From an uncultured SAR86 cluster bacterium (GTDB lineage: Bacteria > Pseudomonadota > Gammaproteobacteria > Magnimaribacterales > D2472), in NCBI GenBank assembly GCA_902558095.1, contig CACECP010000001.1:11353-75352 (forward strand): a stretch of DNA of 64,000 nucleotides, given 5' to 3'. The notes beneath the pieces were generated by a model. That model worked only from the letters and a program-made list of their open reading frames with translations. It was not told the DNA's origin and ran no database searches. Positions within the stretch are counted from its first letter, which is position 1. Every line of letters starts with the position of its first letter. This document shows, piece after piece, positions 9,110-17,975 of this stretch. Both the position numbers and the translations under genes were made by a program.

Positions 9110-11120
9110 CTCTCGTTGGAATAGGCTTTTTTACTTTCTTTTCTTTAACAATTTCCTTAATTGGAGATTTTTTTTCATGGATTTGTTTTTGAGCTGAGTC
9201 CTGTTTTTTTACGTCTTTTTTTAATGGTTTAGTATTCTTAGATAATTTACTCTCATTAGTAGTTGATGCAGATTTTGAATGCTTATTATTTACTGGTCTT
9301 TTATTGACTGGTTTTTTATTAGTTGGTTTTTTATTAATTGGCTTTTTATGTTTTCTGGGTTTGTTAGGTTTTGTATTATCTAAATTTTTATTACCATTAA
9401 ATTTTTTATTAACATTTTTTGATTTCTGAGATGGTTTATTAACTCTCTTTATATTTTTTTTATAAGATTTTTTTGGTTTTACATTATTTTCAACACTAAT
9501 ACCTGCAAATGATTTTAACCATTTAATTAGTCCATCTTGTTTTCTTTTAGGCATTTTAGGCGGTTTAACTCCGCCTACAAGCGGTTTCATAGATTTTGAT
9601 TGATTATTTGCATCTCTCCAATCAATATCCGGTTCAGGACTATTTGGAGTTAAGTTGTATGAATCTATTTTTGTTTTATCTGAACTCTTAATTCTTACAA
9701 CCTTGTAATAAGGTCTTGCTTTATATGGATCTGCAATTACTAATATTTTAATATTGTTTGTTTTTTCAATATTAATAATGTCATATCTTTTCTCATTTAA
9801 AAGATAACTAGCAACATCAGAAGGAACATATACATGTATTTCTCCTGTATTATCTTTAGCTGAGTCTTCACCGATTATTCTGAGTATTGATTGACCAAGA
9901 GATCTCGGACCTCTAACTAATACATGTTCTATGTCATAGGATTCATTTAAAGATGGACGAAGTCTTTGTCTGGAAACCTCTAAAAGACCAAATCTTGATA
10001 TATTTGATATCTGAACCCTTGCTCTGTCTGAATATATAGCTTTTCTGAATGCTGATTCAACTTTATTTTGATTTTCTTCATTTGTCATATCAATAAAATC
10101 TATAACAACCAGACCACCAACATCTCTTAACCTAAGCTGTCTTGCAATTTCTTTTGCAGCTTCTAAATTAGTCTTATATGCAGTTTCCTCTATATCTTTT
10201 CCTTTTGTTGATCTAGCTGAATTAACATCGATAGCCGTCATTGCCTCAGTAGGATCAATCACTATTGAGCCACCAGAACTTAATGATATTTCTCTTTGAA
10301 ATGCTAATTCAATTTGTGATTCAATTTGATATCTATTAAATAAAGGTATTTCTTCATCATAAAACTTAACTTTTGATGCATGATCAGGTATTACTGCTTC
10401 AATAAATTCTCTTGCTTCTTGATATATTTCTTTATCATCAATTAATATTTCCTCAATATCGTCTTTAAAATAATCTCTTACAACCCTAACTATTAATTTA
10501 TCATCTCTAAATATTAATGATGGTGCTACCGCATTTGGTGACGTGTTATTAATCTCATCCCATAACGCTAGTAAGTAGGCCATATCGAGGCTAAGTTCTT
10601 CCACTGTGCGTCCAAGACCATTTGTTCTTACAATTGCACTCATATTATCAGGAATATTTAGTTTTTCTAAAGTGCTTTTAATTTGATCCCTTTCATCGCC
10701 ACTAATTCTTCTTGATATACCCCCAGATCTTGAGGAATTTGGAATTAGAACTAAAAATCTTCCCGCTAGACCAATTTGAGTTGTTAGGGCTGCTCCTTTT
10801 GACCCTCTTTCTTCTTTGGTAACCTGAACAATAATCTCTTGTCCTTCTTCTAATGTGCAAACATATTTGCCCTTTTTATCCTTTTTGTAATATTCATTTG
10901 ATAGATCTTTCAGGGGCAAAAAACCATGCCTCTCAGATCCAAAATTAACAAATGCAGCATCTAAGCTTGATTCAATTCTTGAAACTGTTGCCTTAAAAAT
11001 ACTTCCTTTTAGTAATATCTTTTCTGGTGATTCAGTATCAAAATCATATAACTTAGCACCGTCTACTAGAGCTACACGCAGTTCATCGCCATATGACGAG
11101 TTAATAAGTATTCTTTTCAT
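9081..11120 (-). CDS. rne: Ribonuclease E (catalytic N-terminal half plus short lysine-rich tail)
   Basis: S1 domain, VVIDFIDM and SRFGLLEVSRQRLRPSL motifs, an amphipathic GLIKWLKSFAGI segment, and a K-rich tail. Divergent from rluC as in E. coli. 679 aa. Confidence 0.9.
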   Translation of the reverse strand: MKRILINSSYGDELRVALVDGAKLYDFDTESPEKILLKGSIFKATVSRIESSLDAAFVNFGSERHGFLPLKDLSNEYYKKDKKGKYVCTLEEGQEIIVQVTKEERGSKGAALTTQIGLAGRFLVLIPNSSRSGGISRRISGDERDQIKSTLEKLNIPDNMSAIVRTNGLGRTVEELSLDMAYLLALWDEINNTSPNAVAPSLIFRDDKLIVRVVRDYFKDDIEEILIDDKEIYQEAREFIEAVIPDHASKVKFYDEEIPLFNRYQIESQIELAFQREISLSSGGSIVIDPTEAMTAIDVNSARSTKGKDIEETAYKTNLEAAKEIARQLRLRDVGGLVVIDFIDMTNEENQNKVESAFRKAIYSDRARVQISNISRFGLLEVSRQRLRPSLNESYDIEHVLVRGPRSLGQSILRIIGEDSAKDNTGEIHVYVPSDVASYLLNEKRYDIINIEKTNNIKILVIADPYKARPYYKVVRIKSSDKTKIDSYNLTPNSPEPDIDWRDANNQSKSMKPLVGGVKPPKMPKRKQDGLIKWLKSFAGISVENNVKPKKSYKKNIKRVNKPSQKSKNVNKKFNGNKNLDNTKPNKPRKHKKPINKKPTNKKPVNKRPVNNKHSKSASTTNESKLSKNTKPLKKDVKKQDSAQKQIHEKKSPIKEIVKEKKVKKPIPTRAKNDPRQKS
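9282..9347 (-). repeat. Four tandem 15-nt units encoding KKP-x-N pentapeptides inside the rne tail
   Basis: The minus strand reads AAAAAGCCAATTAAT AAAAAACCAACTAAT AAAAAACCAGTCAAT AAAAGACCAGTAAAT. This encodes KKPIN KKPTN KKPVN KRPVN. Confidence 0.8.
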
Positions 11121-11312
11121 TATTACTCCCTATAAATTAGGAAGATAATTCAGCAGTATGCTTTTCTAAGCTTCTATCAGTTAGTCTTACGTATTTTTGC
11201 TAACATGATTAACCCATTTAAGGGTTGAAATATTTAACTGTTGTATTTATCTTTCTTATAATATTACTAGTCATTACTAGTTATTTAGTTGTATATCCTA
11301 TAGATTTGTCTT

Positions 11313-12197
11313 ATGTCTGTCAAAAAATTAATAATAAACAAAGATAACGAAGGTCGTAGATTAGATAATTTTTTGTTATCTATTTATAAAGGTGTACCTA
11401 AAACTAAAATATATAAAATAATAAGAAAAGGAGAGGTTAGGATTAACTCATCAAGAGCCAAACCTCATAGCAAACTAGCATTCGAGGACATAATACGAAT
11501 TCCTCCAAATTTAATATCTGATGAATCACATAAAAAATTTATTAATGATAAAGATATAGATTTCCATCTTTCAAATATCATATACGATGACTCAAATTAT
11601 TTAATTTTGAATAAAAGACATGGTATCAGTGTTCATGGCGGCACAAACAATAGAGTAGGACTTATAGACTTAGTTAGAAAAAAATTTGGTGAAAATTTTG
11701 ATTTATGCCATAGACTAGACAAAAACACTACTGGATGTCTTGTTTTCGGAAAGAATAAGAAGGCTGTTAAGTACTTTAACAAGACTTTATCTAATAACGA
11801 TATAAAAAAAACTTACCTTGCTATATTAAAAGGGAGATTAAAAAAGAATATTTCTATAAATAAATCTATTTATAAAGATGATCCAGAAAAATTAAAAACA
11901 TCAAAGTCAAAAATTAAAATAATTCAACGATTTAAAGACTGTACATTAACTGAAATTGAAATATCAACTGGTAGAACACATCAGATAAGAATACACACAT
12001 CTTCCATAAACCATCCTATTTTATTTGATGATAGATATGGCGATTATTTATTTAATAAGTCATTTAAAACAAAATCTATAAAAAATATTGCATTACATTC
12101 AAAATCAATAGTTTTTAAAGACGATGATTCAAAATTAATTAACGCAACAGCAGAATTGCCAATATTTTTTAATGATTTAATTTCTGAGATTAAATAA
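11313..12197 (+). CDS. rluC: 23S rRNA pseudouridine synthase, RluA family (RluC-like)
   Basis: N-terminal S4-like domain. Catalytic HRLDKNTTGCLVFGK. GRTHQIRIH motif. Position next to rne. Confidence 0.8.
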   Translation: MSVKKLIINKDNEGRRLDNFLLSIYKGVPKTKIYKIIRKGEVRINSSRAKPHSKLAFEDIIRIPPNLISDESHKKFINDKDIDFHLSNIIYDDSNYLILNKRHGISVHGGTNNRVGLIDLVRKKFGENFDLCHRLDKNTTGCLVFGKNKKAVKYFNKTLSNNDIKKTYLAILKGRLKKNISINKSIYKDDPEKLKTSKSKIKIIQRFKDCTLTEIEISTGRTHQIRIHTSSINHPILFDDRYGDYLFNKSFKTKSIKNIALHSKSIVFKDDDSKLINATAELPIFFNDLISEIK

Positions 12198-12254
12198 AAA
12201 TATCTATTAATATCAGTTAATTTTTGTTAGCATAGCGTTTTTTGAGGGCTTAAA

Positions 12255-12464
12255 ATGGCAGTACAAAAGAGTAAAGTAACAAGATCTAGAAGGGGGCAAC
12301 GTCGCTCTCACGATTCTTTAAAATCAAAAACGCTATCAATTGATCCTGTTTCAGGCGAAAAACATCTTCGTCATCAAATGACCAAAGATGGTTTCTATAA
12401 AGGAAGATTAATAAAAGATTTACGTAAACCTATAAAAGAAGAGTCTGAAGAAGTAACATCATAA
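12255..12464 (+). CDS. rpmF: 50S ribosomal protein L32
   Basis: [20 protein letters not shown] is the canonical L32 N-terminus. Confidence 0.95.
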   Translation: MAVQKSKVTRSRRGQRRSHDSLKSKTLSIDPVSGEKHLRHQMTKDGFYKGRLIKDLRKPIKEESEEVTS

Positions 12465-12466
12465 CT

Positions 12467-13387
12467 ATGCCTAGGCATATAACAATTGCTTTTCCCGGTC
12501 AGGGTTCACAATTTCTTGGAATGTTAAATCATTTTCAAGATGACTTAATTGAAAATCTTAAAGATGATGTATCTAAATCTCTTGATTTTAATATTATAGA
12601 TTTGATAAAAAATGGTCCTGAAGAAAAACTTAATATGACTTCATTTACACAACCCGCACTGTTACTAGCATCATACCTTGAATATAAAGTATTTATAAAA
12701 AAATTAAATATACAACCAGATTTAGTATGTGGTCATTCTCTTGGAGAATACTCAGCTTTATTAGCGGCAGAAACATTTAATCTAAAGGACGCATTAAATA
12801 TTGTTTATAAACGAGGATCTTTAATGGAAAAATCGCCATCTGGATTAATGTATGCAATTTTAAATACTGATATAGATTTAATTAGAGAGTGTTGTTTCAA
12901 AGCTTCATCTGAATTAAACAAGATTTCATCACCAGCTAATATTAATTCAGAAAAACAAGTTGTCATATCAGGAAATGCTGAGTCAGTTGAATTGAGTGTT
13001 AAATATTTAAAAGAAAAAGGTTCAAGGAAGTGCATAAAACTGAATGTAAGTGTTGCATCGCATTGTGAGCTTATGAATGAAGCTGCTAAAAGTTTTAAAG
13101 AGGTAATAGATGAGGTTGTTATAAGCAAGCCAAAATATAATTTTTTAAATAATTATGATGCATCTTATACAGAAGAAACTTCAGATATAAAAGAAAAATT
13201 AGTTAAACAACTCACTAACCCAGTTCAATGGGTAAATATAATGAAACTTGTAAAGGAACGAGAGGGGGTATTTATTGAATGTGGACCAAACAATGTTTTA
13301 TCAGGTCTAGCAAAAGCAAATGGTGTTGATAATATATACTCAACTTCATCCGAAAATTTTTATGATGAAATAAAGAAAATTCTATGA
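12467..13387 (+). CDS. fabD: Malonyl-CoA:ACP transacylase
   Basis: FPGQGSQ and the active-site GHSLGEYSAL. 306 aa. Confidence 0.95.
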   Translation: MPRHITIAFPGQGSQFLGMLNHFQDDLIENLKDDVSKSLDFNIIDLIKNGPEEKLNMTSFTQPALLLASYLEYKVFIKKLNIQPDLVCGHSLGEYSALLAAETFNLKDALNIVYKRGSLMEKSPSGLMYAILNTDIDLIRECCFKASSELNKISSPANINSEKQVVISGNAESVELSVKYLKEKGSRKCIKLNVSVASHCELMNEAAKSFKEVIDEVVISKPKYNFLNNYDASYTEETSDIKEKLVKQLTNPVQWVNIMKLVKEREGVFIECGPNNVLSGLAKANGVDNIYSTSSENFYDEIKKIL

Positions 13388-14100
13388 GTAGAGAAAATAT
13401 TTTTGTATCTGGAGCCTCAAGAGGTATCGGTAAAGAAATTGCAATTAATTTTGCTAAAAAAGGTTTTAACGTTGTTGGAACATCAAGAAGTGACTTTGAT
13501 TTTAATTTAGATTTAGATAATTTAAAACCTATTAAACTAGACATAACTAATAGAGATGATGTTCATGATTGTTTTGATTGGCTCAAATCAAAGAACTTAT
13601 TGCCAGATATATTAGTAAACAATGCTGGTATAACTTCTGATCAACTTTTTATAAGAATGAAAGATGAGGAGTGGGATAATGTAATTGAAACTAATCTCAC
13701 AGGAACATTTAATTTATCTAAAGTGTTTATTAAAAATATGATTAAGAATAAGTTTGGAAGAATTATAAATATTACATCTATATCTGGTCTTATGGGTAAT
13801 CCAGGACAAGTTAATTATTCATCATCTAAGGCTGCACTTACTGGTTTTACTAAATCTTTAGCTAAAGAGGTTGGATCAAGAAATATAACAGTAAATTCAG
13901 TTGCACCTGGTTATATAGAAACAGATATGACTAGTTTTTTAGAAGATGAAACAAGAATGAATATAATTAAAAATATTCCTCTAGGAAGAATTGGTAAGGT
14001 TGATGATGTTTCTGAGCTAGTCATGTTCTTAGCATCAGATGAAGCTTCATATATAACTGGTCAGACAATCTCTGTAGACGGCGGTCTCTTAATGTATTAA
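13384..14100 (+). CDS. fabG: 3-oxoacyl-ACP reductase
   Basis: SGASRGIGKEIA, NNAGIT, YSSSKAAL, NSVAPGYIETDM. Position between fabD and acpP. Confidence 0.9.
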   Translation: MSRENIFVSGASRGIGKEIAINFAKKGFNVVGTSRSDFDFNLDLDNLKPIKLDITNRDDVHDCFDWLKSKNLLPDILVNNAGITSDQLFIRMKDEEWDNVIETNLTGTFNLSKVFIKNMIKNKFGRIINITSISGLMGNPGQVNYSSSKAALTGFTKSLAKEVGSRNITVNSVAPGYIETDMTSFLEDETRMNIIKNIPLGRIGKVDDVSELVMFLASDEASYITGQTISVDGGLLMY

Positions 14101-14170
14101 TTTTTGTGTGCATCTTTGAACTATTACATGTAAAATGTGTCAAATTTCAATATAGGGTAATGGAGTTATT

Positions 14171-14401
14171 ATGAGTGTTGAAGATAGAGTCAAGAAAATT
14201 GTGAGTGACCAATTAGGTAAATCTGTAGATGAAATAGAAAGCGATTCATCTTTCGTTGATGATTTAGGAGCTGATTCATTAGATACGGTTGAACTTGTTA
14301 TGGCGCTAGAAGAAGAATTTGATTTAGAAATTGCAGATGAAGATGCAGAAAAGATATCTACAGTTAATGAAGCTGTAGATTATATAAATTCAAATTCATA
14401 A
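14171..14401 (+). CDS. acpP: Acyl carrier protein
   Basis: [19 protein letters not shown] carries the phosphopantetheine serine. Confidence 0.97.
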   Translation: MSVEDRVKKIVSDQLGKSVDEIESDSSFVDDLGADSLDTVELVMALEEEFDLEIADEDAEKISTVNEAVDYINSNS

Positions 14402-14458
14402 ATAAAAAAAATTTAAATTAAATCGCATATAGCATTAATAGTTGTTTAAACTATTTGC

Positions 14459-15406
14459 ATGCGCTTTGTTAAAATAATCACATTTTTATTAATTCTTGTC
14501 TTCGCATTTTATGGACCATACACAGCGTTTTTAAATGACGCTCCAAAAGCAAAAAACAATGTTATAGATATTTATCCTGGTGACTCAATCAACACCTCGA
14601 TCAAAAAAATTTCATCAGATAGCGCTATAAATAAAATATTTATTAAATTATTTTTGATGTCTAATAATATTTCTGACTTTAAAGCTGGTGAATATAGTAT
14701 CGAAAACAAAAAAGTAAAAGATATCATTATTGATATATCTGTTGGGGCTACAGTAACACATAAATTTACAATTCTTGAGGGAACAAATATTTATGACTTA
14801 GAGAAACAAATCAATAACTCAGTCCTAATAAATGATTGTCCATATTTAGAATGTATTGAAAGCTCATTTCCGTTCTATGAAGGAATTTTATTTCCAGATA
14901 CATACTTTTACAAAAAAGGAATGAGATCATCAATAATATTAAAGAAAAGTTCTAAAAGAATGTCTGAGTTTATTGACTCGTTAGAACCAAATAAATCCGT
15001 ACCCTTAAGCAAAAATGATTTACTTATTTTAGCATCTATAATTGAAAAAGAGGCTGGTAATGATTCAGAAAAAGATCTAATAGCTGGCGTTTTCTTAAAA
15101 AGATTAACTGATAATATGCGACTGCAAGCTGATCCAACAATTATTTATGGCTTATTACCAAATTTTGATGGAGATATTAAAAGTTCTGATATTTTTAACA
15201 AAGATAATAAATATAATACTTATATGATTTATGGGTTACCACCAACACCTATCGCTATATCTTCTAAAAGTTCAATACTTGCTGCATTTAATGCATCACC
15301 TGGAGATTATAAATATTTTGTTGCAAATTCTCCTACCTCTCATTATTTTTCAAAAACATATGATGAACACTTAAGTAAAATAAAAGAACTGGGGTTAGAT
15401 AAATGA
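14459..15406 (+). CDS. mltG: Endolytic murein transglycosylase MltG (YceG family)
   Basis: N-terminal TM segment, ILASIIEKEAG, LQADPTIIYG, YNTYMIYGLPPTPI. Confidence 0.9.
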   Translation: MRFVKIITFLLILVFAFYGPYTAFLNDAPKAKNNVIDIYPGDSINTSIKKISSDSAINKIFIKLFLMSNNISDFKAGEYSIENKKVKDIIIDISVGATVTHKFTILEGTNIYDLEKQINNSVLINDCPYLECIESSFPFYEGILFPDTYFYKKGMRSSIILKKSSKRMSEFIDSLEPNKSVPLSKNDLLILASIIEKEAGNDSEKDLIAGVFLKRLTDNMRLQADPTIIYGLLPNFDGDIKSSDIFNKDNKYNTYMIYGLPPTPIAISSKSSILAAFNASPGDYKYFVANSPTSHYFSKTYDEHLSKIKELGLDK

Positions 15407-15993
15407 AGATTCTATCTTTTGAAGGAATAGAGGGTGTTGGAAAATCAACACAAATAAATCTCTTAAAAGATTTTCTAGAAAAAAATAAATATACAGTTGA
15501 GGTTTTAAGAGAGCCAGGTTCGACACTAACGGGTGAAAATATTAGAAATATATTATTAGACAAAGGTAGTGATATATCAGATAAGACTGAATTATTGTTA
15601 ATGTTTGCTGCAAGATCTGAGCTCATATCAAAAAAAATAAACAGCCTATCTTGTGATTATCTTCTTCTTGATAGATTCTTTGACGCTTCATTAGCATATC
15701 AAGGATACGGTAGAAATTTACCACTATCATTAATAAAAGATTTAATATCCTTCACTGATTGTCCTATGCCTGAATTAACTATTCTTATAGACATTTCTGT
15801 AGAAGAGGCTTTTGCAAGAAAAATTAATGATCAAAAAGATAGAATTGAATCCTCTGGAATAGAATTTTTTAATAACGTAAGAAACGGTTACTTGGAAATA
15901 GCTAAAAATAATGTAAATAGATTTTTAGTCATAGATGGAACTTTAAGTATTAATGAAATTCATAATGCCATCATAAAAAAATTAAATACATAA
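15403..15993 (+). CDS. tmk: Thymidylate kinase
   Basis: FEGIEGVGKSTQ P-loop, REPG, and DRF..ASLAYQG. Confidence 0.9.
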   Translation: MKILSFEGIEGVGKSTQINLLKDFLEKNKYTVEVLREPGSTLTGENIRNILLDKGSDISDKTELLLMFAARSELISKKINSLSCDYLLLDRFFDASLAYQGYGRNLPLSLIKDLISFTDCPMPELTILIDISVEEAFARKINDQKDRIESSGIEFFNNVRNGYLEIAKNNVNRFLVIDGTLSINEIHNAIIKKLNT

Positions 15994-15994
15994 A

Positions 15995-16963
15995 ATGATA
16001 TTTTCAGATCTTAAATGGTTGAATGACATTTTTTTAAAAATAAACATTGCAAAGTTACCTCATGGAATAATAATATCTGGGCCTCCAGGCTTAGGAAAAC
16101 AATTATTAGCGAATGAAATTTCATCCAAATTATTAATTAATAAAAATTCTAACTTAGAGGATATCAGCTTAATTCATGCCAACAATCATCCTGATTACTT
16201 CTACCTCAACAAAGATAAAGTTTTAATTCATCATATAACGTATAGAAAAAATAAATGGGATGAAGAAAAAGGCCAAAGAAATATTAATGATTTCCTCTCA
16301 ATGACTCCATCCATTGCAAAAAACAAAGTAGCTGTTATTGCTAATACCCAGACAATGAATGATGAAAGTCAAAATGCTCTCTTGAAATCGCTTGAGGAGC
16401 CTTCACCAAATACCTATATTATTATGATCACAGATAGGCCTAAATCTTTACTAAACACAATTTATAGCAGATGTCAGGTTATCAATATTCCAGCTCTAAG
16501 CGCATCTGATTTAAATGATTGGCTAATTTCAAAAGGTATTACAGATGTCAATGCAAGAGATTTCCCAAGCTTTATTTCACCTCTTAAAATAATTGATGAC
16601 CTTGAGAATAATTCTCACTTAATATTTAAAGAGTTTATTCAAATAATTACAAATTACTTATTAAATAAATCAGATATTAATTCAACTATGAAGCTAATTA
16701 TTAGTCTAGATGTAAGCCTTGTTATGAAATTAAATTACTTAATTGAATTTTTAAAGATAATTCTTAAATCTAAACTTTTATCTGAAAACCTTTCTGGTAT
16801 TTATAAAAGTTTTAATGATAGTGTTTTTAACAATCTTAAGATATCAAACTTAATAAATGACCTTAATAATGTTAGACATGATTACTTCAAAGTGCCACAA
16901 ATAAATGAAACTCATGTTTTAAATTATTTTTTAAGTGAAGTAAAAAACTCTATTAAGATATAG
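15995..16963 (+). CDS. holB: DNA polymerase III delta' subunit
   Basis: GPPGLGK, HPDYFYL, LLKSLEEPSPNT, SRCQ. Follows tmk as in E. coli. Confidence 0.8.
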   Translation: MIFSDLKWLNDIFLKINIAKLPHGIIISGPPGLGKQLLANEISSKLLINKNSNLEDISLIHANNHPDYFYLNKDKVLIHHITYRKNKWDEEKGQRNINDFLSMTPSIAKNKVAVIANTQTMNDESQNALLKSLEEPSPNTYIIMITDRPKSLLNTIYSRCQVINIPALSASDLNDWLISKGITDVNARDFPSFISPLKIIDDLENNSHLIFKEFIQIITNYLLNKSDINSTMKLIISLDVSLVMKLNYLIEFLKIILKSKLLSENLSGIYKSFNDSVFNNLKISNLINDLNNVRHDYFKVPQINETHVLNYFLSEVKNSIKI

Positions 16964-17720
16964 TTGTACCGCCATCAACTACAATGGTTTGTCCATTTAT
17001 ATAGTTTCCAGCATCTGAAGCCAGCATAATAGCTACACCAGCTATTTCATCAGGATCACCAATTCTTTTCATTGGTGTTGATCCAAGAACAGTTTTTAGA
17101 ATATCTGGGTTTTCCCATAACGCTTTAGCAAAATCAGTTTTAATAAGACCTGGTGCTATTGAATTTGCTCTAATATTTTTATGTCCAAATTCAGTAGCAA
17201 TATTTTTAACAATCATTACATCAGCTGCTTTGCTAATATTATAGGCACCTAATATGGGGCTTCCCTTAATTGCAGCAATACTTGAAATTATGATTATTGA
17301 ACCATCTTTTCTATCAATCATTTCAGGTAATACAAGATTGCATAGAATTTGATTAGACTTAATATTGTTATTCATAACCTTATCAAATTTCTCCATAGGC
17401 ATATCCAACATAGATCCCATAAATGGATTGGTTGCTGCATTACAAATTAATACATCTATTTTTCCTAATTTATCTCTTGTATTTTTAACAAGCATTTCAA
17501 GTTGTTTCTCATCACTAATATTTGCCGCAATGGGAAAGGCGACATCCTTACCTATTTTTTTATTGATTTCATCAGCAGTGTCGTTGCATGCATCTAACTT
17601 ACGACTAGAAATAATCACATTGGCACCATGTAGAGCACAATGGTGAGCAATAGATTTTCCTATTCCTCTAGACGACCCAGTTATTAAAATTGATTTATCT
17701 TTAAGGTTAAATAATGACAT
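16953..17720 (-). CDS. Short-chain dehydrogenase/reductase (SDR), substrate unknown
   Basis: ITGSSRGIGKSIA, NAATNP, YNISKAA, NSIAPGLIKTDF. Confidence 0.8.
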   Translation of the reverse strand: MSLFNLKDKSILITGSSRGIGKSIAHHCALHGANVIISSRKLDACNDTADEINKKIGKDVAFPIAANISDEKQLEMLVKNTRDKLGKIDVLICNAATNPFMGSMLDMPMEKFDKVMNNNIKSNQILCNLVLPEMIDRKDGSIIIISSIAAIKGSPILGAYNISKAADVMIVKNIATEFGHKNIRANSIAPGLIKTDFAKALWENPDILKTVLGSTPMKRIGDPDEIAGVAIMLASDAGNYINGQTIVVDGGTTIS

Positions 17721-17740
17721 ATTTTCATTATAATTAATTT

Positions 17741-17971
17741 ATGAGTAAAAAAGTTGAAATATATTCTAAATCTAATTGTTCATATTGTGTTATGGCAATG
17801 AATTTTTTTGATTCAAAAAATATGCAGTATGAAGTTTATAGTGCCGATGATCCAAAAATCTTCAGTGAAATGATGGAACGAAATCCTCAAGCAAGGACGG
17901 TACCACAAATATTTATAGATGATCAGTTAATTGGAGGTTATACTGATTTAATCGAAAAATATTCAGATTAA
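17741..17971 (+). CDS. grxC: Dithiol glutaredoxin
   Basis: 76 aa. CSYC active site. TVPQIFIDDQLIGGYTDL. Confidence 0.85.
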   Translation: MSKKVEIYSKSNCSYCVMAMNFFDSKNMQYEVYSADDPKIFSEMMERNPQARTVPQIFIDDQLIGGYTDLIEKYSD

Positions 17972-17975
17972 AACT

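Noticed and set aside
17972-17975. Riboswitch or leader ahead of the alanine/glycine symporter.
   Set aside because: Only 4 nt separate it from the glutaredoxin gene, and only 20 nt precede that gene, so no structured leader can fit.
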